From Holophagales bacterium (GTDB lineage Bacteria > Acidobacteriota > Holophagae > Holophagales > Holophagaceae): a stretch of DNA of 64,000 bases. A program made the position numbers and the translations under genes. Below the pieces are notes generated by a model. That model did not search any database. It had not been told where the DNA came from and saw only the letters and a program-made list of their open reading frames with translations. How positions within the stretch are numbered: position 1 is the stretch's first letter; each line of letters starts with the position of its first letter. Where the stretch lies: the NCBI GenBank assembly GCA_041908165.1, contig JAYRFV010000065.1, forward strand, positions 11,954 through 75,953. Direction: 5' to 3'. Positions 9,531 through 19,967 of the stretch are shown here, in pieces.

Positions 9531-10927
9531 AGCAGCCTCCTCGGGTCGGCCACCGCGCCGGCCACCGCGGCGGCGGCGGCGGACAGGGGGCTGGCCAGGA
9601 AGGTGCGCGCGCCCTTCCCCTGCCGGCCCTCGAAATTGCGGTTGCTGGTGGCGACGCAGGTCTGGCCGGCGGCCACCTCGTCACCGTTCATGGCGATGCA
9701 CATCGAGCAGCCGGGCTCGCGCCACTCGGCGCCGGCGGCGCGGAACACATCGGCCAGCCCCTCCGCCTCGGCCTGGCGCTGCACCGCCTCGCTGCCCGGC
9801 ACCACCAGGGTCCGGGTGCCGGGGTTCACCTTGCGCCCCCGGAGGATCCGCGCGGCGTCGCGCAGGTCGGACAGGCGCCCGTTGGTGCAGCTGCCGATGA
9901 AGACCACCTGCACCGGCCGGCCGAGCAGGGGCCGGCCCGGTTCCACGCCCATGTAGTCGAGGCTGCGGAGGTAGGCCCCGCGCTCGGCGGCGGGCAGTCC
10001 GGAGGCCTCCGGCACCGTGCCGGTGACCGCCATGCCCTGGGCGGGGTTGGTGCCGAAGGTGATCATCGGCTCCAGCGCGGCGCCATCGAGGACGACCTCG
10101 CCGTCGAAGGCCGCGCCGTCATCGCTGCGCAGGCCGCGCCAGCGAATCACAGCCGCGTCCCAGGCCGCGCCCTTCGGCGCAAAGGGCCGGCCGTCGAGGT
10201 AGTCGAAGGTGGTGTCGTCCGGGGCGACCATGCCGGCCCGGGCGCCCGCCTCGATGCTCATGTTGCAGACCGTCATCCGGCCTTCCATGTCCAGCCCGCG
10301 GATGGCCGGACCGGTGTACTCGAGCACCGCGCCGGTGCCGCCGCCCACGCCCATCCGGGCGATCAGGGCCAGGATCAGGTCCTTGGCGGAGACGCCGGCG
10401 CCCAGGGCGCCGTCCACCCGCACCCGCAGGGCGCGCGGCTTGGGCTGCAGCAGGCACTGGCTGGCCAGCACCATCTCCACTTCGCTGGTGCCGATCCCGA
10501 AGGCCAGCGCGCCGAAGGCGCCGTGGGTGGCGGTGTGGCTGTCGCCGCAGACGATGGTCATGCCCGGCTGGGTGAGGCCGAGCTCCGGCCCGATCACGTG
10601 GACGACCCCCTGGCGGCCGCTGCCCGGGCCGAACAGCGGCACCCCGGCCTCGGCGCAGTTGGCCACCAGCTGGTCGATCTGGGCCTTGGCCACGGCGTCC
10701 TGGATCGGCAGGGCGCGGTCGTGGGTGGGGATGCTGTGGTCGATCGTGGCCACCGTGCGGTCCGGCCGGCGCACCTTCAGGCCGCGGGCCCGCAGGCCGG
10801 AGAAGGCCTGCGGGCTGGTGACCTCGTGGACCAGGTGCAGGTCGATGTAGACCAGGGTCGGGCCGTCGGCGACCTCGGCCACCCGGTGGGCGTCCCAGAG
10901 CTTGTCGAACAGGGTCGAGGGCATCAC
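9527..10927 (-). CDS. leuC: 3-isopropylmalate dehydratase large subunit
   Basis: [16 protein letters not shown]... aconitase-family protein with C-terminal Cys ligands ([17 protein letters not shown]). Confidence 0.95.
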   Translation of the reverse strand: MMPSTLFDKLWDAHRVAEVADGPTLVYIDLHLVHEVTSPQAFSGLRARGLKVRRPDRTVATIDHSIPTHDRALPIQDAVAKAQIDQLVANCAEAGVPLFGPGSGRQGVVHVIGPELGLTQPGMTIVCGDSHTATHGAFGALAFGIGTSEVEMVLASQCLLQPKPRALRVRVDGALGAGVSAKDLILALIARMGVGGGTGAVLEYTGPAIRGLDMEGRMTVCNMSIEAGARAGMVAPDDTTFDYLDGRPFAPKGAAWDAAVIRWRGLRSDDGAAFDGEVVLDGAALEPMITFGTNPAQGMAVTGTVPEASGLPAAERGAYLRSLDYMGVEPGRPLLGRPVQVVFIGSCTNGRLSDLRDAARILRGRKVNPGTRTLVVPGSEAVQRQAEAEGLADVFRAAGAEWREPGCSMCIAMNGDEVAAGQTCVATSNRNFEGRQGKGARTFLASPLSAAAAAVAGAVADPRRLL

Positions 10928-12009
10928 CGGCCCCCTCCGACGGCGATGCCGGCGCAGACCGCGTCGCCGACCTCGGAGGTGGAGCCGCTCCCGCCCAGGT
11001 CCGGCGTCCGCGGCCCGTCGCGCAGGACCGCCGCCACGGCGTCCTCCACGGCGCGGGCCTCGGCGTGCAGGCCGAAGCTCCAGGCCAGCATCATCGCGGC
11101 GGAGCTGATGGTGCCCAGGGGGTTGGCCAGGCCCTTCCCGGCGATCGCCGGGGCCGAGCCGTGGATCGGCTCGTAGAGCCCGCGGTAGCCGCCGGAGGGC
11201 AGCTTGGGACCGAGCGAGGCCGAGGGCAGCAGGCCGATGGAACCGACGATCACCGCCGCCTCGTCGCTGAGGATGTCGCCGAACAGGTTCTCGGTGAGCA
11301 GCACGTCGAAGCCGGCCGGGTCCAGCACCAGCTGCATGGCGGCGTTGTCCACCAGCAGGTGGTCCACCTTCACGCCCGGATGGTCCGCGGCGACTTCATC
11401 CACCACCGTCCGCCACAGCCGGGAATTCTCCAGCACGTTGGCCTTGTCGACGCTGGTGAGGCGGCCCCGCCGCGCCGCCGCCAGTTCGAAGGCCAGCGTC
11501 GTGATCCGCTGGATCTCCGGGGCCGTGTAGGCCATGGTGTTGACCGCCCGGCGTCCGTCGCCCTGCCCTTCCAGTCCCCTGGGCTGGTTGAAGTAGAGGC
11601 CGCCGGTCAGCTCGCGGACGATCAGCAGGTCGGTGCCGCGGACCCGCTCCGGCCGCAGCGGCGAGGCGTCCAGCAGGCTGGCGTGGGCGCGCACCGGCCG
11701 CAGGTTGGCGTACACGCCCATGGCCGCGCGCAGTTCCAGCAGGCCCTTCTCGGGGCGCAGGGCCGGCGGCAGGCCGTCGTAGGCCGGCAGGCCGACCGCG
11801 CCGAGCAGCACCGCATCGGCCTCCAGGGCCTCCGCGCGCGCCGAGGGCGGCAGGGCGGCGCCGGTGGCCTCCAGGGCGGCGGCGCCGATCAGGTCGTGGC
11901 GGGCCTCGAGGCGGTGGCCGAAGCGCGCTGCAACGGCCTGCAGCACCTTCTCGGCCTCGCGGGCGACCTCCGGGCCGATGCCGTCGCCGGGCAGGAACAG
12001 GATCCGCAT
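10924..12009 (-). CDS. leuB: 3-isopropylmalate dehydrogenase
   Basis: [15 protein letters not shown]... and [12 protein letters not shown] motif. Start trimmed to the Met at 12009. Confidence 0.93.
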   Translation of the reverse strand: MRILFLPGDGIGPEVAREAEKVLQAVAARFGHRLEARHDLIGAAALEATGAALPPSARAEALEADAVLLGAVGLPAYDGLPPALRPEKGLLELRAAMGVYANLRPVRAHASLLDASPLRPERVRGTDLLIVRELTGGLYFNQPRGLEGQGDGRRAVNTMAYTAPEIQRITTLAFELAAARRGRLTSVDKANVLENSRLWRTVVDEVAADHPGVKVDHLLVDNAAMQLVLDPAGFDVLLTENLFGDILSDEAAVIVGSIGLLPSASLGPKLPSGGYRGLYEPIHGSAPAIAGKGLANPLGTISSAAMMLAWSFGLHAEARAVEDAVAAVLRDGPRTPDLGGSGSTSEVGDAVCAGIAVGGGR

Positions 12010-12037
12010 GTCAGCCCTCCCGTGGGTCACCAGCTTC

Positions 12038-13204
12038 TCACGCGCTGACCTGGGCCGCTTCCCGGGCGATCGCCAGGATTTCGCCGTCGCTGACGCCCTT
12101 GTTGCGGTCGGCCAGGGCGATGAAGCCGCGGTAGGCGCGCTCCAGGGCGGCGCCCTCGAGCGGCTGGCCCAGCTCCTCGCAGCGGATCCGCAGGGCGTGG
12201 CGGCCGCTGTGCTTGCCCAGGATCAGCCGGCTGGCGGGCACCCCGACGTCCTTCGGGTCCATGATCTCGTAGGTGGTGCGCTCCTTGAGCACGCCGTCCT
12301 GGTGGATGCCGGCCTCGTGGGCGAAGGCGTTGCGGCCGACGATGGCCTTGTTCGGCTGGGGGCCGAAGCCGATCACCTCGGCGAGGGCCTGGCTGGCCGG
12401 GAACAGGCCCTGGGTGCGCACCCGCGTGGCCAGGCCGAGCCGGGCCTGGCGGACCCGCAGGGCCATCACCACCTCCTCGAGGGCGGCGTTGCCGGCGCGT
12501 TCGCCGATGCCGTTGAGGGTGCACTCCACCTGGCGGGCGCCGGCGAGCACGCCGGCCAGCGAATTGGCGGTGGCCAGGCCGAGGTCGTTGTGGCAGTGGA
12601 CGCTCACCACCGCCCGGTCGCCGACCTCGGCGACGATCCAGCCGACCATCTCGGCGAACTCCTCGGGGACGGTGTAGCCCACCGTGTCGGGGATGTTGAT
12701 GGTGGTGGCCCCGGCCTCCACCGCGGCGCTGGCGACCAGGCGCAGGAACTCGGGCTCGGTGCGGGTGGCGTCCTCGGCGGAGAACTCGACATCGTCGACA
12801 TAGGTGCGGGCCAGCCGCACCGCCTCGGTGGTGGCCACCAGCACCTGCTCCTGGTTCATGCGCAGCTTGTGCAGGCGGTGCAGCGGGCTGGTGGACAGGA
12901 AGGTGTGGATGCGCGGCCGCTCGGCGCCCTCCAGGGCCTGCGCGGCCCGCCTCAGGTCGTCGGCCTTGGCCCGGGCCAGGCCGGCCACCGCAACCCCCCG
13001 CACGGCCCGCGAGATCTGCCGCACTGCGTCGAAGTCCCCGTCGGAGGCGATCGGGAAGCCGGCCTCCAGCACGTCCACGCCGAGGTCGGCCAGCATTCCC
13101 GCCAGGCGGACCTTCTCGGCCACGGTCATGCTGCAGCCGCAGGCCTGCTCGCCGTCCCGCAGGGTGGTGTCGAAAAGGGTGACGTGATCGTTTTTGGCGC
13201 TCAT
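12038..13204 (-). CDS. leuA: 2-isopropylmalate synthase-family enzyme, short form (388 aa, no C-terminal LeuA regulatory domain)
   Basis: MSAKNDHVTLFDTTLRDGEQ... HCHNDLGLATANSLAG (DRE-TIM metallolyase). ATG at 13204 confirmed on sequence. The upstream 136 aa of the ORF-track entry is not protein-like. Confidence 0.85.
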   Translation of the reverse strand: MSAKNDHVTLFDTTLRDGEQACGCSMTVAEKVRLAGMLADLGVDVLEAGFPIASDGDFDAVRQISRAVRGVAVAGLARAKADDLRRAAQALEGAERPRIHTFLSTSPLHRLHKLRMNQEQVLVATTEAVRLARTYVDDVEFSAEDATRTEPEFLRLVASAAVEAGATTINIPDTVGYTVPEEFAEMVGWIVAEVGDRAVVSVHCHNDLGLATANSLAGVLAGARQVECTLNGIGERAGNAALEEVVMALRVRQARLGLATRVRTQGLFPASQALAEVIGFGPQPNKAIVGRNAFAHEAGIHQDGVLKERTTYEIMDPKDVGVPASRLILGKHSGRHALRIRCEELGQPLEGAALERAYRGFIALADRNKGVSDGEILAIAREAAQVSA

Positions 13205-13232
13205 GATCTCAAGGGTGGTCAGCCCGGGATCC

Positions 13233-13247
13233 ATTAATCCAATTAAT
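13233..13247. promoter_or_regulatory. Candidate LysR-type (T-N11-A) operator in the leuA/LysR divergent promoter region
   Basis: attaatccaattaat (ATTAAT-N3-ATTAAT dyad containing T-N11-A) in an AT-rich 109 bp divergent spacer. A second perfect dyad, atccgcaatgcggat, lies at 13281-13295. Confidence 0.4.
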
Positions 13248-13313
13248 ATATTTTTTGTTTGAATAAGCATTCGTGATGGAATCCGCAATGCGGATGGGAC
13301 TGGAGGATCCCCG

Positions 13314-14225
13314 GTGGCCCAGGACTCGACCCTTCTGAATGTGTTCCTGACGGTGGTGGAGGAGGGCAGCTTCACCCGCGCCGCCGAGAAGCTGTTCCGG
13401 ACGCAGCCCGCGGTCTCCATGGCGATCCAGCGGCTGGAGGCGGAGCTGGGCGAGACCCTCATCGACCGCAGCGGGCGGGAACTGTCGCTGACCGACGCCG
13501 GGCGCCTGGTGCACGCCTGCGCCCGCCAGCAGGAGAACCTCCACCAGAGCCTGGTCAACCAGCTCGCCGAGCTGCGAAACAAGGCCTCCGGCCGCCTCGT
13601 GATCGGCGCCAACGAGTCGATGACGCTGTACCTGCTGCAGCACCTGTCGCGCTACAGGCGCGCCTTCCCCAAGGTCAAGGTGGTGGTGCAGCGCAGCCGC
13701 AGCGGCGAGATCGCGGACCGCCTCCTGGGCGGCGACCTGGACCTCGGGGTGGTCAGCTTCGCCTTCCAGGACGAGCGGTTCCGGTCCCAGGTGCTGTACG
13801 TGGACCACCTCTCCTTCGTGGTCCCGCCGGACCACCGGCTGGCCCGGCGCAGCTCGGTCCCGATCAAGGAGCTGGACGCGGAGGTGTTCGTCGCCCACAA
13901 CGTGGCCTCGCCCTACCGTGAGGCGGTGATCCGCACCTTCGCCCAGCACAAGGTCGCCCTGCGCATGGACATCGAGATGCCGACCATGGAGAGCATCCGG
14001 CGCATGGTCCAGGCCGGCGAGGGCGTGGCCTTCCTGCCGCGCATGGCGGTGGACCAGGATGTCCGCCAGGGGATCCTCAAGGAGGTCGTGGTCCAGGAGC
14101 TGAAGGTGGAGCGCAAGATCCACCTGGTCTACCTGGAGAAGCGGCCCCTCAGCCACGCCGCGAAGGCCTTCCTGGACCTCGTGCGGAAGGAGGTCGGCCG
14201 GCTGCCCCGGTCCGAGCCGGGTTGA
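13314..14225 (+). CDS. LysR-family transcriptional regulator
   Basis: N-terminal wHTH LLNVFLTVVEEGSFTRAAEKLFRTQPAVSMAIQRLEAELGETLIDRSGR. 303 aa. Divergent from leuA. Confidence 0.9.
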   Translation: MAQDSTLLNVFLTVVEEGSFTRAAEKLFRTQPAVSMAIQRLEAELGETLIDRSGRELSLTDAGRLVHACARQQENLHQSLVNQLAELRNKASGRLVIGANESMTLYLLQHLSRYRRAFPKVKVVVQRSRSGEIADRLLGGDLDLGVVSFAFQDERFRSQVLYVDHLSFVVPPDHRLARRSSVPIKELDAEVFVAHNVASPYREAVIRTFAQHKVALRMDIEMPTMESIRRMVQAGEGVAFLPRMAVDQDVRQGILKEVVVQELKVERKIHLVYLEKRPLSHAAKAFLDLVRKEVGRLPRSEPG

Positions 14226-14276
14226 GCGCGGTGCAGGGTCCGCCGGAGCCCCGGCGGACCCTGCGTCCCGCGCGCG

Positions 14277-15788
<1,512 letters not shown>

Positions 15789-15800
15789 TTATTCTTATTA

Positions 15801-16358
15801 TTACTTCGTTTTCGAATTTGATTGGTCCTGGCTTCGGGATCTTGAACCGGAGTCCTCCGAGCCCGTGGCTCGGCCGCCACCCTTCCCTGCCGTGACCAGG
15901 GCCGGTGCGACCGGGTTGGAGAGGTACTCGTAGACCAGGGAGGTCTCGATGTGGGCCACCTCCGGCCGGTTGGTGAACACGTCCAGGGCCAGGTCCTTCA
16001 GGTGGCCCATGTCCCGCGCCACCACGTGCACCAGGAAGTCGTGGGCGCCGGTGACGTAGAAGATCTCCCGCACCTCCGGCAGGGCCCGCAGGTGCTTCAT
16101 GAAGGTCTTCACGTGGTTGCGGTTGTGCTGGCGCATCCGGACGGCGACCACCGCCTGCACGCCGATGCCCAGCGCCTCCGGCGCCACCCGGGCGTGGAAA
16201 CCCTGGAGCGCGCCGGAGTCCCGCAGCCGCTGCACCCGGGCCAGGCAGGAGGAGGGCGCCAGTTCGACCGCGGCGGCCAGTTCCTTGTTGCTGAGGCGAG
16301 CATCATTCTGCAGGAGGTGCAGGATGCGGAAATCGATTCGGTCCAACGAGAATTCCAT
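15801..16358 (-). CDS. Lrp/AsnC-family transcriptional regulator with ~30 aa low-complexity C-terminal tail
   Basis: MEFSLDRIDFRILHLLQNDARLSNKELAAAVELAPSSCLARVQRLRDSG... The tail GSEDSGSRSRSQDQSNSKTK is encoded by the AT-rich spacer. Confidence 0.88.
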   Translation of the reverse strand: MEFSLDRIDFRILHLLQNDARLSNKELAAAVELAPSSCLARVQRLRDSGALQGFHARVAPEALGIGVQAVVAVRMRQHNRNHVKTFMKHLRALPEVREIFYVTGAHDFLVHVVARDMGHLKDLALDVFTNRPEVAHIETSLVYEYLSNPVAPALVTAGKGGGRATGSEDSGSRSRSQDQSNSKTK

Positions 16359-16472
16359 GGATGGGCTCCCGGACGCGGCGGCCTCGGCCGAATGCACCCT
16401 CATTCTAACTGTCCGCTCCCGCCCTCCCCTGCCCTTGGCCCCTGGATCCGGGCCGTTCGCCCCTGCAGCCGG

Positions 16473-17327
16473 CTACTTCAGGTGCCTGCGGAGGAAGGCG
16501 ACGGTGCGGCCCCAGGCCAGGGTGGCGGCGGCTTCGTCGTGGCGGGCGGCGTTGGTGTCGTTGTTGAAGGCATGGTGGACGCCGGGGTAGGTGTGGATTT
16601 CGTAGGCCTTGCCGGCGGCCTTGAGGGCCGCCTCGAAGGCGGGGACGGCGGCGTTGATGCGGTCGTCGAGCCCGGCGTAGTGCAGCAGGAGCGGCGCCCG
16701 GATCGCGGCCACGGCCTCGGTCCGGGGCGGCATGCCGTAGTAGGCCACGCCCGCCGCCAGGAGCGGGTCCTGGGCGGCCAGCGCGTTCACGGCGGCGCCG
16801 CCCCAGCAGAACCCGACCGCGGCGGCCCGGCCGCTGCCCTCCGCGTGGCCGCGGAGGAAGGCCAGGGCAGCGCGCCCGCAGGCCAGGGCGGCCTCCGGCG
16901 TCACCTGGGCCATGAGCCGCCGCCCTGCGTCCTCGTCGGCGGGGGTTCCCCCCAGCGGCGACAGGTAGTCCAGTCCGAGCGCGAGGAACCCCTCCAGCGC
17001 CAGCCGGCGGGTGATGTCCTTGATGTGCGGATTGAGGCCGCGGTTCTCGTGGACCACCAGCAGCCCCGGCCAGGCCTTCCCCTTGGCGGGCCGCACGAGG
17101 TAGCCCTGCAGGTTCTCGACGCCGGGAACGGCCACGGTGCCCGCGGCCAGCCGGGGGTCCGACTCGGCCACCCGAGGGTCGGCGGTGTAGTCGTTCTGCA
17201 GCACGGGCAGGATCGCCTGCGCCGCCACGGCGCTGCCCGCCAGGCCGGCGAGGCGGTCGAGGAAGTCCCGGCGCGAGATCCCGCCGTGGGTGTAGGCGTC
17301 GTAGAGCTGGACGATGCGGCGGTCCAT
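16473..17327 (-). CDS. Dienelactone hydrolase-family protein with Tat-like signal
   Basis: GISRRDFLDRLAGLAGSAVAA N-terminus. GFCWGG nucleophile motif. HHAF near the C-terminus. Confidence 0.8.
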   Translation of the reverse strand: MDRRIVQLYDAYTHGGISRRDFLDRLAGLAGSAVAAQAILPVLQNDYTADPRVAESDPRLAAGTVAVPGVENLQGYLVRPAKGKAWPGLLVVHENRGLNPHIKDITRRLALEGFLALGLDYLSPLGGTPADEDAGRRLMAQVTPEAALACGRAALAFLRGHAEGSGRAAAVGFCWGGAAVNALAAQDPLLAAGVAYYGMPPRTEAVAAIRAPLLLHYAGLDDRINAAVPAFEAALKAAGKAYEIHTYPGVHHAFNNDTNAARHDEAAATLAWGRTVAFLRRHLK

Positions 17328-17355
17328 GGAGCCTCCGTGCTGCGCGGTGCCGCGC

Positions 17356-17952
17356 TCAGGCCGGTCGGGGTTGGCGGAGCCCCCGGGCGCCGTGGAACAG
17401 GGCCTGGAGCCGCGGAAGGTCGGCCTCCAGGTCTCCGCTGGGATTGAACAGGGGCATCAGGTGGACCACGTGCGAGGCGAAGTCGAAGGCGACCGGGAAC
17501 ACCGGCACCCCGGCCTGCACCGCGATCTGGTAGAAGCCGGTCCTCCAGCGGCCGGCCCCGCTGCGCGTGCCCTCGGGGGACAGGGCCAGCATGAGGGCAT
17601 TCGCCCCGCGGAAGGCCTCGACGCACTGCCCCACCACGCCGTGGCTGGCCCGGCGGTCCACCGGGATGCCGCCCATCCAGCGGAGCAGGCCGCGGAAGGG
17701 GGCCCGAAAGATGGCGTGCTTGCCCAGCCAGGAGACCCGCAGGTCGAGGCCGAAGAGGATCGCCACCCCGAGCAGGAAGTCCCAGTTGGAGGTGTGCGGA
17801 GCGACGATCGTCACGAACTTGGACTCGACCGGGAAGGCGCCCGCGATCCGCCAGCCGGACAGCCGCAGGTAGGCCCGCCCCGCGACCTGCCAGGCCCTGC
17901 CGCGCCCCTGGCGGAAGGCCGCGGGGGGGACCGGGAAGGGGGTCGTCGTCAT
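17356..17952 (-). CDS. Lysophospholipid (1-acyl-sn-glycerol-3-phosphate-type) acyltransferase
   Basis: HTSNWD (HxxxxD) and SPEGTR motifs. Start trimmed to the Met at 17952. Confidence 0.75.
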   Translation of the reverse strand: MTTTPFPVPPAAFRQGRGRAWQVAGRAYLRLSGWRIAGAFPVESKFVTIVAPHTSNWDFLLGVAILFGLDLRVSWLGKHAIFRAPFRGLLRWMGGIPVDRRASHGVVGQCVEAFRGANALMLALSPEGTRSGAGRWRTGFYQIAVQAGVPVFPVAFDFASHVVHLMPLFNPSGDLEADLPRLQALFHGARGLRQPRPA

Positions 17953-18093
17953 GCCCGTGGGCTCCCTGATCAGGTGCTGCCAGTGTACCGACGAGGCCAC
18001 GGGCGCGGGTCCGCGAACCGCTGATGCAGGGAAGGTCCGAAACCGGGCCCTCACGGGTCCGGGAATCACCTATGATCGGACGTTGGAGTCCGC

Positions 18094-18261
18094 ATGCCGA
18101 GCCGCAGGTTGCCGTTGCAGGTCCGCGCCCGCCTGAAGCGCTCGGGTGTGTTCACCGACGAGGAGATCGACCGGGTGCTGACCCTTTCCTCCCTCGAGGC
18201 GATCCTGTTCATGATCCAGCCCCTCCTGCCGGCGGACCCGCCCGCCTCCGCGCCGGACTGA
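18094..18261 (+). CDS. Possible small protein (55 aa), unknown function
   Basis: ATG..TGA ORF read manually: MPSRRLPLQVRARLKRSGVFTDEEIDRVLTLSSLEAILFMIQPLLPADPPASAPD. Third-position GC is high, like the genuine genes. Not in the ORF track (below 60 aa). Confidence 0.3.
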   Translation: MPSRRLPLQVRARLKRSGVFTDEEIDRVLTLSSLEAILFMIQPLLPADPPASAPD

Positions 18262-18403
18262 GCTTCCACGATCCAGGTACGCAATCCACCGTATGGTTCT
18301 GCGGACCGCGGGGTCTGAAGATGGTCCTGCCCGGGCATCGAGGGCGGGCCGCAGCGCGGCTGGCGCCTCCTGCAGTTCGCCCCGGCCTTCCTCCGCCCAA
18401 ACG

Positions 18404-18826
18404 ATGAAAGGACCGACCATGACCCCCCTGCCCGCCCTCCTGCTCGGCGCCTCGCTGCTGCTGGCCTCCTTTCCCGCGGCCGCCGGCGAGTTCGCCACCC
18501 TCCGCGAGGAGATCAGTGCCGCCCGCGCCTCCCTGGTGAGCATGGTCACCAACCGCGACAGGCGCGGACCTCTCGAGCAGAAGCAGGTGAAGGACACCGC
18601 CGACGCGGTCAGCCTGCACCTGGCCCGGCTCAAGGCGCCCCAGGGACGGAGTGCCGAGTTCCAGGAGCTCGTGGCGACCTGGAACGCCTTCAAGGCCACC
18701 CGGGAGAAGGAGCTGGTGCCCGCCATCCTGGCCAACGACACCGCGAAGGTGACCAGGCTCGGCGCTGTCGTGCAGAAGGAGCGCCTGGACCGGATGTACG
18801 CGCTGCTGAAGGCCCTGGAGCCCTGA
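18404..18826 (+). CDS. Secreted all-helical protein (140 aa), four-helix-bundle sensor-like
   Basis: Signal peptide MKGPTMTPLPALLLGASLLLASFPAAAGE, then heptad-like helical sequence. Start trimmed to the ATG at 18404. Confidence 0.6.
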   Translation: MKGPTMTPLPALLLGASLLLASFPAAAGEFATLREEISAARASLVSMVTNRDRRGPLEQKQVKDTADAVSLHLARLKAPQGRSAEFQELVATWNAFKATREKELVPAILANDTAKVTRLGAVVQKERLDRMYALLKALEP

Positions 18827-19960
18827 TCAGCAGGGCAGGAGGACGGTGAAGCTGCTGCCGAAGCCGACTTGGCTCTGCGCCCGGATCTGCCCGCGGTGGG
18901 CCGCCACCAGGCGCTGGACGATCGCCAGCCCCAGCCCGAAGCCGCTGCGGCTGTCGCCGGGGTCGGCCTGGCGGAACGGGTCGAAGATGAAGGGCAGCTT
19001 CTCGGCGGGGATGCCGCGGCCGGTGTCGATGACGGCGATTCGCAGGTAGCGGATCCCCGCCTCGACGCCGGCGCCGTATTCCACCGAGGCCTCGAGCTTG
19101 ATGGCGCCGCCGCGCGGGGTGAACTTGAGGGCGTTGCCCAGGAGGTTGTGAACCACCCGGTCCAGCTTCCCGCGGTCCCCCGTGAGGTCGGGCAGGGCCT
19201 CCGGCCAGGAGGTCTGGAAGGCGATGCCCGCGGGTTCCGCCCGGAGCGCGAAGTGGGCCGCGAGCCCCTCGAGCCAGGCGGAGGTGCCGAAGGTCGTGGC
19301 CTGCAGCGGCACCAGGCCGTGCTCGCTGCGGTGGAGCTCCAGCATCTCGTCGAGCAGCTCCTGGACCCGGGCGTAGCTGGCGAGGCACTGGTCCACCAGG
19401 GCGGGACGCAGGTCGTGGCCGGTCTGCAGCATCTCCAGCACCAGGCCGACGCTGGTGAGCGGCGAGCGCAGGTCGTGCACCAGCATCGCCGTGAAGTTCG
19501 CCTTGAGGGTGTGGATCTCCTTGAGCTTGAGGTTGGCGTCGAGGAGGGACTGGTTCTGCAGCTCGAGGTGCTTCTGCAGGCGGCCGAGGTTGACGTGGTG
19601 CTCGACGCGGGCCAGGACCTCCTCCGAGGCGAAGGGCTTGGTCACATAGTCGCGACCGCCGGTCTCGAAGGCCTTGACCTTGTTCAGCGGGTCGTCCATG
19701 GCGCTGATGAAGAGCACAGGGATCGCCGCCAGGAGCGGGTCCTCCTTCATCCGGGTGCAGGTCTCGTAGCCGTCCATGCCGGGCATGGCGATGTCCAGCA
19801 GGACGACCTCCGGCGGCTGCCGGCGCATGGCGTCGAGGGCCAGTTCGCCGCTGGTCACGGTCCGCACCCGGTGGTTGCAGGACCGGAGGACCCGCGCGAG
19901 CACGTCCAGGTTCGTGGGGTTGTCGTCCACGAGGAGCACGTCGGCCGGCGGTACGAGCAT
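18827..19960 (-). CDS. Response-regulator receiver fused to histidine kinase (REC-HisKA-HATPase)
   Basis: MLVPPADVLLVDDNPTNLDVL...LLDIAMPGMDGYE (REC), then FTAMLVHDLRSPLTS (H-box), N-box NLLGNALKFT and G-box GFGLGLAIV. ATG at 19960 lies 7 nt after the upstream stop. Confidence 0.9.
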   Translation of the reverse strand: MLVPPADVLLVDDNPTNLDVLARVLRSCNHRVRTVTSGELALDAMRRQPPEVVLLDIAMPGMDGYETCTRMKEDPLLAAIPVLFISAMDDPLNKVKAFETGGRDYVTKPFASEEVLARVEHHVNLGRLQKHLELQNQSLLDANLKLKEIHTLKANFTAMLVHDLRSPLTSVGLVLEMLQTGHDLRPALVDQCLASYARVQELLDEMLELHRSEHGLVPLQATTFGTSAWLEGLAAHFALRAEPAGIAFQTSWPEALPDLTGDRGKLDRVVHNLLGNALKFTPRGGAIKLEASVEYGAGVEAGIRYLRIAVIDTGRGIPAEKLPFIFDPFRQADPGDSRSGFGLGLAIVQRLVAAHRGQIRAQSQVGFGSSFTVLLPC

Positions 19961-19967
19961 GGGAACC

